From positions 316,014,001 to 316,078,000 of the forward strand of contig OZ024743.1 of assembly GCA_964016885.1 (NCBI GenBank): a DNA stretch of 64,000 nucleotides. Direction: 5' to 3'. The DNA comes from Eledone cirrhosa (Eukaryota). Every line of letters starts with the position of its first letter. Position 1 is the first letter of the stretch. The translations under genes and the position numbers were made by a program. The notes beneath the pieces were generated by a model that saw only the letters and a program-made list of their open reading frames with translations, had not been told where the DNA came from and did no database searches. Positions 25,539-39,746 of this stretch are shown here, piece after piece.

Positions 25539-27043
25539 TATTACGATTTGTTTTTTTTTTTGTTTTTTTCTATTAGGCTTTTAAACCTTTACCTTTTTAA
25601 CTCAGTGAAGTATTTCTAGATAAAAATAATTTTGTTTTGATTTTTTGAAAATATAAGAATTTTTCTTGTTAAAGTTTTCTTTTTAAATTTCATTATATAA
25701 ATCGTCGAAGTATTGGCACGAAGGGTATTCTTGTTTCGTGAACCTTGAAATAGCATATGGCTGCGTTCCACGGCCCCTGATGTTGCAGGTTCAGCAGGAG
25801 TTGGCGTTTATGTTCAGTTTCTTAATACCCTGAAGTCTTTAAACGAAAGTCCTAGTGTTTGTGTTCGGATTAATGTTGTTAGTTAAAAACCATTCAATGT
25901 AGGTGTCTGACTCAGTTAAAAGTGTGTACTTTCACCTCTCCAGTTCAATGTCTTCGTGGACAGCATTGACATTTATGGCCGGGCTGGAAATGGTGACCGG
26001 ATCAATGGGCTAAATTCGTCAGGCGGTGAACTCCGACATGCTCTTGATAGGTTTGCTGCCGAATGCTGCACGGCAGGAATGAAAATCAGTACTGCGAAGA
26101 CTGAGATACTCATCTTCTCAATGATATCTGCTCTGTGCACTCTATATGTGCATGAATTTTCACTGAAGCAGAAGGTTGGATTATATGCACGTATTGTTAG
26201 AGCTGGTGCAATAATGCGCCAGCTTCAGCATTCGGTCTGAAGAAGGGAGGTAGGTGTAAAATCCGAACTCGCTATCTTCAATTCGGTATTCCTACCAGCT
26301 CTTACCTATGGCCATGAATCTTTGGTAATGACCAAAATAATATAAAAATGTGCCTCAAACTAACAGATGTTCCTCGAGTCTAATGATCCACACCTAGCAA
26401 GCGCCGGCAAACCCGGATCATTTGGCACTTATTAAACCCTCGCATTGACCTGTGCTCTGACTAATCCCCACCCTACACTCACACTCCCCTGGGAACCCAA
26501 ATGCAGAGATCCCGAGTTCACACCCCACTCTCCCACTTCTTCCTTAGTGTATCCACCTACTACCTACAATGTACCATCAACCAACCACTACACACCTGTG
26601 AGTTTCCTTTTACATACTATACTTCCCATGTGTATAGGTGTAGATAGTCTCACCATCTTCTCTTCCCTAATTCTTGTATGGGTGTATGGATGTAGCATCT
26701 ACATATGTGTGTGTGCATGTGTGAGTGACATTCGCGTTATTAACACGACGCTCTAACCAACTGAGCTAACCGGCCAGTTGGATCTGTTGCTGTCTAAATA
26801 AACTATTAATACAATAATTATTTCTACTTTTGGCACAAGGCCAGCAATTATCCTAGTCCTAAGAATAGAGTTACGTCCCTTTAGAGTCTGAGTTTAAATC
26901 CCGCCGAGGTCAACTTAGCCTTTCACCCTTACGGCGACGATAAAATAAAGTACCAGTAATGCACTGGATTTATTGATGGCCTTGTTCGAAAAGTAGAAAT
27001 AATTATTGTATTAATAGTTTATTTGACATCCCCAGGTACGTCT

Positions 27044-27117
27044 GGCCGGTTAGCTCAGTTGGTTAGAGCGTCGTGCTAATAACGCGAATGTCGTGGGTTC
27101 GAGCCCCATATTGGCCA
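27044..27117 (+). tRNA. trnI: tRNA-Ile(AAT)
   Basis: Consensus copy. Confidence 0.95.
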
Positions 27118-28621
27118 TATTACGATTTGTTTTTTTTTTTGTTTTTTTCTATTAGGCTTTTAAACCTTTACCTTTTTAACTCAGTGAAGTATTTCTAGAT
27201 AAAAATAATTTTGTTTTGATTTTTTGAAAATATAAGAATTTTTCTTGTTAAAGTTTTCTTTTTAAATTTCATTATATAAATCGTCGAAGTATTGGCACGA
27301 AGGGTATTCTTGTTTCGTGAACCTTGAAATAGCATATGGCTGCGTTCCACGGCCCCTGATGTTGCAGGTTCAGCAGGAGTTGGCGTTTATGTTCAGTTTC
27401 TTAATACCCTGAAGTCTTTAAACGAAAGTCCTAGTGTTTGTGTTCGGATTAATGTTGTTAGTTAAAAACCATTCAATGTAGGTGTCTGACTCAGTTAAAA
27501 GTGTGTACTTTCACCTCTCCAGTTCAATGTCTTCGTGGACAGCATTGACATTTATGGCCGGGCTGGAAATGGTGACCGGATCAATTGGCTAAATTCGTCA
27601 GGCGGTGAACTCCGACATGCACGTGATAGGTTTGCTGCCGAATGCTGCACGGCAGGAATGAAAATAAGTACTGCGAAGACTGAGATACTCATCTTCTCAA
27701 TGATATCTGCTCTGTGCACTCTATATGTGCATGAATTTTCACTGAAGCAGAAGGTTGGATTATATGCACGTATTGTTAGAGCTGGTGCAATAATGTGCCA
27801 GCTTCAGCATTCGGTCTGAAGAAGGGAGGTAGGTGTAAAATCCGAACTCGCTATCTTCAATTCGGCATTCCTACCTGCTCTTACCTATGGCCATGAATCT
27901 TTGGTAATGACCAAAATAATATAAAAATGTGCCTCAAACTAACAGATGTTCCTCGAGTCTAATGATCCACACCTAGCAAGCGCCGGCAAACCCGGATCAT
28001 TTGGCACTTATTAAACCCACGCATTGACCTGTGCTCTGACTAATCCCCACCCTACACTCACACTCCCCTGGGAACCCAAATGCCGAGATCCCGAGTTCAC
28101 ACCCACTCTCCCACTTCTTCCTTAGTGTATCCACCTACTACCTACAATGTACCATCAACCAACCACTACACACCTGTGAGTTTCCTTTTACATACTATAC
28201 TTCCCATGTGTATAGGTGTAGATAGTCTTACCATCTTCGCTTCCCTAATTCTTGTATGGGTGTATGGATGTAGCATCTACATATGTGTGTGTGCATGTGT
28301 GAGTGACATTCGCGTTATTAACACGACGCTCTAACCAACTGTGCTAACCGGCCAGTTGGATCTGTTGCTGTCAGAATAAACTACTAATACAATAATTATT
28401 TCTACTTTTGGCACAAGGCCAGCAATTATCCTAGTCCTAAGAATAGAGTTACGTCCCTTTAGAGTCTGAGTTTAAATCCCGCCGAAGTCAACTTTGCCTT
28501 TCACCCTTACGGCGACGATAAAATAAAGTACCAGTGATGCACTGAAATAATTGATGGCCTTGTTCCAAAAGTAGAAATAATTATTGTATTAATAGTTTAT
28601 TTGACAGCCACAGATACGTCT

Positions 28622-28695
28622 GGCCGGTTAGCTCAGTTGGTTAGAGCGTCGTGCTAATAACGCGAATGTCGTGGGTTCGAGCCCCATATTGGCCA
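28622..28695 (+). tRNA. trnI: tRNA-Ile(AAT)
   Basis: Consensus copy. Confidence 0.95.
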
Positions 28696-30200
28696 TATTA
28701 CGATTTTTTTTTTTTTTGTTTTTTTCTATTAGGCTTTTAAACCTTTACCTTTTTAACTCAGTCAAGTATTTCTAGATAAAAATAATTTTGTTTTGATTTT
28801 TTTGAAAATATAAGAATTTTTCTTGTTAAAGTTTTCTTTTTAAATTTCATTATATAAATCGTCGAAGTATTGGCACGAAGGGTATTCTTGTTTCGTGAAC
28901 CTTGAAATAGCATATGGCTGCGTTCCACGGCCCCTGATGTTGCAGGTTCAGCAGGAGTTGGCGTTTATGTTCAGTTTCTTAATACCCTGAAGTCTTTAAA
29001 CGAAAGTCCTAGTGTTTGTGTTCGGATTAATGTTGTTAGTTAAAAACCATTCAATGTAGGTGTCTGACTCAGTTAAAAGTGTGTACTTTCACCTCTCCAG
29101 TTCAATGTCTTCGTGGACAGCATTGACATTTATGGCCGGGCTGGAAATGGTGACCGGATCAATGGGCTAAATTCGTCAGGCGGTGAACTCCGACATGCTC
29201 TTGATAGGTTTGCTGCCGAATGCTGCACGGCAGGAATGAAAATCAGTACTGCGAAGACTGAGATACTCATCTTCTCAATGATATCTGCTCTGTGCACTCT
29301 ATATGTGCATGAATTTTCACTGAAGCAGAAGGTTGGATTATATGCACGTATTGTTAGAGCTGGTGCAATAATGCGCCAGCTTCAGCATTCGGTCTGAAGA
29401 AGGGAGGTAGGTGTAAAATCCGAACTCGCTATCTTCAATTCGGTATTCCTACCAGCTCTTACCTATGGCCTTGAATCTTTGGTAATGACCAAAATAATAT
29501 AAAAATGTGCCTCAAACTAACAGATGTTCCTCGAGTCTAATGATCCACACCTAGCAAGCGCCGGCAAACCCGGATCATTTGGCACTTATTAAACCCTCGC
29601 ATTGACCTGTGCTCTGACTAATCCCCACCCTACACTCACACTCCCCTGGGAACCCAAATACAGAGATCCCGAGTTCACACCCCACTCTCCCACTTCTTCC
29701 TTAGTGTATCCACCTACTACCTACAATGTACCATCAACCAACCACTACACACCTGTGAGTTTCCTTTTACATACTATACTTCCCATGTGTATAGGTGTAG
29801 ATAGTCTTACGATCTTCTCTTCCCTAATTCTTGTATGGGTGTATGGATGTAGCATCTACATATGTGTGTGTGCATGTGTGAGTGACATTCGCGTTATTAA
29901 CACGACGCTCTAACCAACTGTGCTAACCGGCCAGTTGGATCTGTTGCTGTCAGAATAAACTACTAATACAATAATTATTTCTACTTTTGGCACAAGGCCA
30001 GCAATTATCCTAGTCCTAAGAATAGAGTTACGTCCCTTTAGAGTCTGAGTTTAAATCCCGCCGAGGTCAACTTTGTCTTTCACCCTTACGGCGACGATAA
30101 AATAAAGTACCAGTGATGCACTGAAATAATTGATGGCCTTGTTCCAAAAGTAGAAATAATTATTGTATTAATAGTTTATTTGACATCCCCAGATACGTCT

Positions 30201-30274
30201 GGCCGGTTAGCTCAGTTGGTTAGAGCGTCGTGCTAATAACGCGAATGTCGTGGGTTCGAGCCCCATATTGGCCA
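30201..30274 (+). tRNA. trnI: tRNA-Ile(AAT)
   Basis: Consensus copy. Confidence 0.95.
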
Positions 30275-31779
30275 TATTACGATTTGTTTTTTTTTGTTTT
30301 TTTCTATTAGGCTTTTAAACCTTTACCTTTTTAACTCAGTCAAGTATTTCTAGATAGAAATAATTTTGTTTTGATTTTTTTGAAAATATAAGAATTTTTC
30401 TTGTTAAAGTTTTCTTTTTAAATTTCATTATATAAATCGTCGAAGTATTGGCACGAAGGGTATTCTTGTTTCGTGAACCTTGAAATAGCATATGGCTGTG
30501 TTCCACGGCCCCTGATGTTGCAGGTTCAGCAGGAGTTGGCGTTTATGTTCAGTTTCTTAATACCCTGAAGTCTTTAAACGAAAGTCCTAGTGTTTCTGTT
30601 CGGATTAATGTTGTTAGTTAAAAACCATTCAATGTAGGTGTCTGATTCAGTTAAAAGTGTGTACTTTCACCTCTCCAGTTCAATGTCTTCGTGGACAGCA
30701 TTGACATTTATGGCCGGGCTGGAAATGGTGACCGGATCAATTGGCTAAATTCGTCAGGCGGTGAACTCCGACATGCACGTGATAGGTTTGCTGCCGAATG
30801 CTGCACGGCAGGAATGAAAATAAGTACTGCGAAGACTGAGATACTCATCTTCTCAATGATATCTGCTCTGTGCACTCTATATGTGCATGAATTTTCACTG
30901 AAGCAGAAGGTTGGATTATATGCACGTATTGTTAGAGCTGGTGCAATAATGCGCCAGCTTCAGCATTCGGTCTGAAGAAGGGAGGTAGGTGTAAAATCCG
31001 AAGTCGCTATCTTCAATTCGGTATTCCTACCAGCTCTTACCTATGGCCATGAATCTTTGGTAATGACCAAAATAATATAAAAATGTGCCTCAAACTAACA
31101 GATGTTCCTCGAGTCTAATGATCCACGCCTAGCAAGCGCCGGCAAACCCGGATCATTTGGCATTTATTAAATCCCACGCATTGACCTGTACTTTGACTAA
31201 GACCCACCCTACACTCACACTCCCCTGAGAACCCAAATGCAGAGATCACGAGTACACACCCCACTCTCCCACTCCTTACGTAGTGTATCCACCTACTACC
31301 TACAATGTACCATCAACCAACCACTACACACCTGTGAGTTTCCTTTTACATACTATACTTCCCATGTGTATAGGTGTAGATAATCTTACCATCTTCTCTT
31401 CCCTAATTCTTGTATGGGTGTATGGATGTAGCATCTACATATGTGTGTGTGCATGTGTGAGTGACATTCGCGTTATTAACACGACGCTCTAACCAACTGA
31501 GCTAACCGGGCAGTTGGATCTGTTGCTGTCAGAATAAACTATTAATACAATAATTATTTCTACTTTTGGCACAAGGCCAGCAATTATCCTAGTCCTAAGA
31601 ATAGAGTTATGTCCCTTTAGAGTCTGAGTTTAAATCCTGCCGTGGTCAACTAAGCCTTTCACCCTTACGGCGACGATAAAATAAAGTACCAGTAATGCAC
31701 TGGATTTATTGATGGCCTTGTTCCAAAAGTAGAAATAATTATTGTATTAATAGTTTATTTGACAGCCCCAGATACCTCT

Positions 31780-31853
31780 GGCCGGTTAGCTCAGTTGGTT
31801 AGAGCGTCATGCTAATAACGCGAATGTCGTGGGTTCGAGCCCCATATTGGCCA
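31780..31853 (+). tRNA. trnI: tRNA-Ile(AAT), G29A variant
   Basis: GTCATGCT in the anticodon stem. Confidence 0.8.
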
Positions 31854-33358
31854 TATTACGATTTGTTTTTTTTTTTGTTTTTTTCTATTAGGCTTTTAAA
31901 CCTTTACCTTTTTAACTCAGTGAAGTATTTCTAGATAAAAATAATTTTGTTTTGATTTTTTGAAAATATAAGAATTTTTCTTGTTAAAGTTTTCTTTTTA
32001 AATTTCATTATATAAATCGTCGAAGTATTGGCACGAAGGGTATTCTTGTTTCGTGAACCTTGAAATAGCATATGGCTGCGTTCCACGGCCCCTGATGTTG
32101 CAGGTTCAGCAGGAGTTGGCGTTTATGTTCAGTTTCTTAATACCCTGAAGTCTTTAAACGAAAGTCCTAGTGTTTGTGTTCGGATTAATGTTGTTAGTTA
32201 AAAACCATTCAATGTAGGTGTCTGACTCAGTTAAAAGTGTGTACTTTCACCTCTCCAGTTCAATGTCTTCGTGGACAGCATTGACATTTATGGCCGGGCT
32301 GGAAATGGTGACCGGATCAATGGGCTAAATTCGTCAGGCGGTGAACTCCGACATGCTCTTGATAGGTTTGCTGCCGAATGCTGCACGGCAGGAATGAAAA
32401 TCAGTACTGCGAAGACTGAGATACTCATCTTCTCAATGATATCTGCTCTGTGCACTCTATATGTGCATGAATTTTCACTGAAGCAGAAGGTTGGATTATA
32501 TGCACGTATTGTTAGAGCTGGTGCAATAATGCGCCAGCTTCAGCATTCGGTCTGAAGAAGGGAGGTAGGTGTAAAATCCGAACTCGCTATCTTCAATTCG
32601 GTATTCCTACCAGCTCTTACCTATGGCCATGAATCTTTGGTAATGACCAAAATAATATAAAAATGTGCCTCAAACTAACAGATGTTCCTCGAGTCTAATG
32701 ATCCACACCTAGCAAGCGCCGGCAAACCCGGATCATTTGGCACTTATTAAACCCTCGCATTGACCTGTGCTCTGACTAATCCCCACCCTACACTCACACT
32801 CCCCTGGGAACCCAAATGCAGAGATCCCGAGTTCACACCCCACTCTCCCACTTCTTCCTTAGTGTATCCACCTACTACCTACAATGTACCATCAACCAAC
32901 CACTACACACCTGTGAGTTTCCTTTTACATACTATACTTCCCATGTGTATAGGTGTAGATAGTCTCACCATCTTCTCTTCCCTAATTCTTGTATGGGTGT
33001 ATGGATGTAGCATCTACATATGTGTGTGTGCATGTGTGAGTGACATTCGCGTTATTAACACGACGCTCTAACCAACTGAGCTAACCGGCCAGTTGGATCT
33101 GTTGCTGTCTAAATAAACTATTAATACAATAATTATTTCTACTTTTGGCACAAGGCCAGCAATTATCCTAGTCCTAAGAATAGAGTTACGTCCCTTTAGA
33201 GTCTGAGTTTAAATCCCGCCGAGGTCAACTTAGCCTTTCACCCTTACGGCGACGATAAAATAAAGTACCAGTAATGCACTGGATTTATTGATGGCCTTGT
33301 TCGAAAAGTAGAAATAATTATTGTATTAATAGTTTATTTGACATCCCCAGGTACGTCT

Positions 33359-33432
33359 GGCCGGTTAGCTCAGTTGGTTAGAGCGTCGTGCTAATAACGC
33401 GAATGTCGTGGGTTCGAGCCCCATATTGGCCA
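33359..33432 (+). tRNA. trnI: tRNA-Ile(AAT)
   Basis: Consensus copy. Confidence 0.95.
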
Positions 33433-34936
33433 TATTACGATTTGTTTTTTTTTTTGTTTTTTTCTATTAGGCTTTTAAACCTTTACCTTTTTAACTCAGT
33501 GAAGTATTTCTAGATAAAAATAATTTTGTTTTGATTTTTTGAAAATATAAGAATTTTTCTTGTTAAAGTTTTCTTTTTAAATTTCATTATATAAATCGTC
33601 GAAGTATTGGCACGAAGGGTATTCTTGTTTCGTGAACCTTGAAATAGCATATGGCTGCGTTCCACGGCCCCTGATGTTGCAGGTTCAGCAGGAGTTGGCG
33701 TTTATGTTCAGTTTCTTAATACCCTGAAGTCTTTAAACGAAAGTCCTAGTGTTTGTGTTCGGATTAATGTTGTTAGTTAAAAACCATTCAATGTAGGTGT
33801 CTGACTCAGTTAAAAGTGTGTACTTTCACCTCTCCAGTTCAATGTCTTCGTGGACAGCATTGACATTTATGGCCGGGCTGGAAATGGTGACCGGATCAAT
33901 TGGCTAAATTCGTCAGGCGGTGAACTCCGACATGCACGTGATAGGTTTGCTGCCGAATGCTGCACGGCAGGAATGAAAATAAGTACTGCGAAGACTGAGA
34001 TACTCATCTTCTCAATGATATCTGCTCTGTGCACTCTATATGTGCATGAATTTTCACTGAAGCAGAAGGTTGGATTATATGCACGTATTGTTAGAGCTGG
34101 TGCAATAATGTGCCAGCTTCAGCATTCGGTCTGAAGAAGGGAGGTAGGTGTAAAATCCGAACTCGCTATCTTCAATTCGGCATTCCTACCTGCTCTTACC
34201 TATGGCCATGAATCTTTGGTAATGACCAAAATAATATAAAAATGTGCCTCAAACTAACAGATGTTCCTCGAGTCTAATGATCCACACCTAGCAAGCGCCG
34301 GCAAACCCGGATCATTTGGCACTTATTAAACCCACGCATTGACCTGTGCTCTGACTAATCCCCACCCTACACTCACACTCCCCTGGGAACCCAAATGCCG
34401 AGATCCCGAGTTCACACCCACTCTCCCACTTCTTCCTTAGTGTATCCACCTACTACCTACAATGTACCATCAACCAACCACTACACACCTGTGAGTTTCC
34501 TTTTACATACTATACTTCCCATGTGTATAGGTGTAGATAGTCTTACCATCTTCGCTTCCCTAATTCTTGTATGGGTGTATGGATGTAGCATCTACATATG
34601 TGTGTGTGCATGTGTGAGTGACATTCGCGTTATTAACACGACGCTCTAACCAACTGTGCTAACCGGCCAGTTGGATCTGTTGCTGTCAGAATAAACTACT
34701 AATACAATAATTATTTCTACTTTTGGCACAAGGCCAGCAATTATCCTAGTCCTAAGAATAGAGTTACGTCCCTTTAGAGTCTGAGTTTAAATCCCGCCGA
34801 AGTCAACTTTGCCTTTCACCCTTACGGCGACGATAAAATAAAGTACCAGTGATGCACTGAAATAATTGATGGCCTTGTTCCAAAAGTAGAAATAATTATT
34901 GTATTAATAGTTTATTTGACAGCCACAGATACGTCT

Positions 34937-35010
34937 GGCCGGTTAGCTCAGTTGGTTAGAGCGTCGTGCTAATAACGCGAATGTCGTGGGTTCGAGCCCC
35001 ATATTGGCCA
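34937..35010 (+). tRNA. trnI: tRNA-Ile(AAT)
   Basis: Consensus copy. Confidence 0.95.
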
Positions 35011-36515
35011 TATTACGATTTTTTTTTTTTTTGTTTTTTTCTATTAGGCTTTTAAACCTTTACCTTTTTAACTCAGTCAAGTATTTCTAGATAAAAATAA
35101 TTTTGTTTTGATTTTTTTGAAAATATAAGAATTTTTCTTGTTAAAGTTTTCTTTTTAAATTTCATTATATAAATCGTCGAAGTATTGGCACGAAGGGTAT
35201 TCTTGTTTCGTGAACCTTGAAATAGCATATGGCTGCGTTCCACGGCCCCTGATGTTGCAGGTTCAGCAGGAGTTGGCGTTTATGTTCAGTTTCTTAATAC
35301 CCTGAAGTCTTTAAACGAAAGTCCTAGTGTTTGTGTTCGGATTAATGTTGTTAGTTAAAAACCATTCAATGTAGGTGTCTGACTCAGTTAAAAGTGTGTA
35401 CTTTCACCTCTCCAGTTCAATGTCTTCGTGGACAGCATTGACATTTATGGCCGGGCTGGAAATGGTGACCGGATCAATGGGCTAAATTCGTCAGGCGGTG
35501 AACTCCGACATGCTCTTGATAGGTTTGCTGCCGAATGCTGCACGGCAGGAATGAAAATCAGTACTGCGAAGACTGAGATACTCATCTTCTCAATGATATC
35601 TGCTCTGTGCACTCTATATGTGCATGAATTTTCACTGAAGCAGAAGGTTGGATTATATGCACGTATTGTTAGAGCTGGTGCAATAATGCGCCAGCTTCAG
35701 CATTCGGTCTGAAGAAGGGAGGTAGGTGTAAAATCCGAACTCGCTATCTTCAATTCGGTATTCCTACCAGCTCTTACCTATGGCCTTGAATCTTTGGTAA
35801 TGACCAAAATAATATAAAAATGTGCCTCAAACTAACAGATGTTCCTCGAGTCTAATGATCCACACCTAGCAAGCGCCGGCAAACCCGGATCATTTGGCAC
35901 TTATTAAACCCTCGCATTGACCTGTGCTCTGACTAATCCCCACCCTACACTCACACTCCCCTGGGAACCCAAATACAGAGATCCCGAGTTCACACCCCAC
36001 TCTCCCACTTCTTCCTTAGTGTATCCACCTACTACCTACAATGTACCATCAACCAACCACTACACACCTGTGAGTTTCCTTTTACATACTATACTTCCCA
36101 TGTGTATAGGTGTAGATAGTCTTACGATCTTCTCTTCCCTAATTCTTGTATGGGTGTATGGATGTAGCATCTACATATGTGTGTGTGCATGTGTGAGTGA
36201 CATTCGCGTTATTAACACGACGCTCTAACCAACTGTGCTAACCGGCCAGTTGGATCTGTTGCTGTCAGAATAAACTACTAATACAATAATTATTTCTACT
36301 TTTGGCACAAGGCCAGCAATTATCCTAGTCCTAAGAATAGAGTTACGTCCCTTTAGAGTCTGAGTTTAAATCCCGCCGAGGTCAACTTTGTCTTTCACCC
36401 TTACGGCGACGATAAAATAAAGTACCAGTGATGCACTGAAATAATTGATGGCCTTGTTCCAAAAGTAGAAATAATTATTGTATTAATAGTTTATTTGACA
36501 TCCCCAGATACGTCT

Positions 36516-36589
36516 GGCCGGTTAGCTCAGTTGGTTAGAGCGTCGTGCTAATAACGCGAATGTCGTGGGTTCGAGCCCCATATTGGCCA
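36516..36589 (+). tRNA. trnI: tRNA-Ile(AAT)
   Basis: Consensus copy. Confidence 0.95.
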
Positions 36590-38093
36590 TATTACGATTT
36601 GTTTTTTTTTGTTTTTTTCTATTAGGCTTTTAAACCTTTACCTTTTTAACTCAGTCAAGTATTTCTAGATAGAAATAATTTTGTTTTGATTTTTTTGAAA
36701 ATATAAGAATTTTTCTTGTTAAAGTTTTCTTTTTAAATTTCATTATATAAATCGTCGAAGTATTGGCACGAAGGGTATTCTTGTTTCGTGAACCTTGAAA
36801 TAGCATATGGCTGTGTTCCACGGCCCCTGATGTTGCAGGTTCAGCAGGAGTTGGCGTTTATGTTCAGTTTCTTAATACCCTGAAGTCTTTAAACGAAAGT
36901 CCTAGTGTTTCTGTTCGGATTAATGTTGTTAGTTAAAAACCATTCAATGTAGGTGTCTGATTCAGTTAAAAGTGTGTACTTTCACCTCTCCAGTTCAATG
37001 TCTTCGTGGACAGCATTGACATTTATGGCCGGGCTGGAAATGGTGACCGGATCAATTGGCTAAATTCGTCAGGCGGTGAACTCCGACATGCACGTGATAG
37101 GTTTGCTGCCGAATGCTGCACGGCAGGAATGAAAATAAGTACTGCGAAGACTGAGATACTCATCTTCTCAATGATATCTGCTCTGTGCACTCTATATGTG
37201 CATGAATTTTCACTGAAGCAGAAGGTTGGATTATATGCACGTATTGTTAGAGCTGGTGCAATAATGCGCCAGCTTCAGCATTCGGTCTGAAGAAGGGAGG
37301 TAGGTGTAAAATCCGAACTCGCTATCTTCAATTCGGCATTCCTACCTGCTCTTACCTATGGCCATGAATCTTTGGTAATGACCAAAATAATATAAAAATG
37401 TGCCTCAAACTAACAGATGTTCCTCGAGTCTAATGATCCACACCTAGCAAGCGCCGGCAAACCCGGATCATTTGGCACTTATTAAACCCACGCATTGACC
37501 TGTGCTCTGACTAAGCCCCACCCTACACTCACACTCCCCTGGGAACCCAAATGCAGAGATCCCGAGTTCACACCCCACTCTCCCACTTCTTCCTTAGTGT
37601 ATCCACCTACTACCTACAATGTACCATCAACCAACCACTACACACCGGTGAGTTTCCTTTTACATTCTATACTTCCCATGTGTATAGGTGTAGATAGTCT
37701 TACGATCTTCTCTTCCCTAATTCTTGTATGGGTGTAAGGATGTAGCATCTACATATGTGTGTGTGCATGTGTGAGTGACATTCGCGTTATTAACACGACG
37801 CTCTAACCAACTGAGCTGACCGGCCAGTTGGATCTGTTGCTGTCTAAATAAACTATTAATACAATAATTATTTCTACTTTTGGCACAAGGCCAGCAATTA
37901 TCCTAGTCCTAAGAATAGAGTTACGTCCCTTTAGAGTCTGAGTTTAAATCCCGCCGAGGTCAACTTAGCCTTTCACCCTTACGGCGACGATAAAATAAAG
38001 TACCAGTAATGCACTGGATTCATTGATGGCCTTGTTCCAAAAGTAGAAATAATTATTGTATTAATAGTTTATTTGACATCCCCAGATACGTCT

Positions 38094-38167
38094 GGCCGGT
38101 TAGCTCACTTGGTTAGAGCGTCGTGCTAATAACGCGAATGTCGTGGGTTCGAGCCCCATATTGGCCA
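38094..38167 (+). tRNA. trnI: tRNA-Ile(AAT), G15C variant
   Basis: TAGCTCACTTGG; alters the A box and the Levitt pair. Confidence 0.75.
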
Positions 38168-39672
38168 TATTACGATTTGTTTTTTTTTTGTTTTTTTCTA
38201 TTAGGCTTTTAAACCTTTACCTTTTTAACTCAGTCAAGTATTTCTAGATAAAAATAATTTTGTTTTGATTTTTTTGAAAATATAAGAATTTTTCTTGTTA
38301 AAGTTTTCTTTTTAAATTTCATTATATAAATCGTCGAAGTATTGGCACGAAGGGTATTCTTGTTTCGTGAACCTTGAAATAGCATATGGCTGCGTTCCAC
38401 GGCCCCTGATGTTGCAGGTTCAGCAGGAGTTGGCGTTTATGTTCAGTTTCTTAATACCCTGAAGTCTTTAAACGAAAGTCCTAGTGTTTGTGTTCGGATT
38501 AATGTTGTTAGTTAAAAACCATTCAATGTAGGTGTCTGACTCAGTTAAAAGTGTGTACTTTCACCTCTCCAGTTCAATGTCTTCGTGGACAGCATTGACA
38601 TTTATGGCCGGGCTGGAAATGGTGACCGGATCAATGGGCTAAATTCGTCAGGCGGTGAACTCCGACATGCTCTTGATAGGTTTGCTGCCGAATGCTGCAC
38701 GGCAGGAATGAAAATCAGTACTGCGAAGACTGAGATACTCATCTTCTCAATGATATCTGCTCTGTGCACTCTATATGTGCATGAATTTTCACTGAAGCAG
38801 AAGGTTGGATTATATGCACGTATTGTTAGAGCTGGTGCAATAATGCGCCAGCTTCAGCATTCGGTCTGAAGAAGGGAGGTAGGTGTAAAATCCGAACTCG
38901 CTATCTTCAATTCGGTATTCCTACCAGCTCTTACCTATGGCCTTGAATCTTTGGTAATGACCAAAATAATATAAAAATGTGCCTCAAACTAACAGATGTT
39001 CCTCGAGTCTAATGATCCACACCTAGCAAGCGCCGGCAAACCCGGATCATTTGGCACTTATTAAACCCTCGCATTGACCTGTGCTCTGACTAATCCCCAC
39101 CCTACACTCACACTCCCCTGGGAACCCAAATGCAGAGATCCCGAGTTCACACCCCACTCTCCCACTTCTTCCTTAGTGTATCCACCTACTACCTACAATG
39201 TACCATCAACCAACCACTACACACCTGTGAGTTTCCTTTTACATACTATACTTCCCATGTGTATAGGTGTAGATAGTCTTACGATCTTCTCTTCCCTAAT
39301 TCTTGTATGGGTGTATGGATGTAGCATCTACATATGTGTGTGTGCATGTGTGAGTGACATTCGCGTTATTAACACGACGCTCTAACCAACTGTGCTAACC
39401 GGCCAGTTGGATCTGTTGCTGTCAGAATAAACTACTAATACAATAATTATTTCTACTTTTGGCACAAGGCCAGCAATTATCCTAGTCCTAAGAATAGAGT
39501 TACGTCCCTTTAGAGTCTGAGTTTAAATCCCGCCGAGGTCAACTTTGCCTTTCACCCTTACGGCGACGATAAAATAAAGTACCAGTGATGCACTGAAATA
39601 ATTGATGGCCTTGTTCCAAAAGTAGAAATAATTATTGTATTAATAGTTTATTTGACATCCCCAGATACGTCT

Positions 39673-39746
39673 GGCCGGTTAGCTCAGTTGGTTAGAGCGT
39701 CGTGCTAATAACGCGAATGTCGTGGGTTCGAGCCCCATATTGGCCA
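39673..39746 (+). tRNA. trnI: tRNA-Ile(AAT)
   Basis: Consensus copy. Confidence 0.95.
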
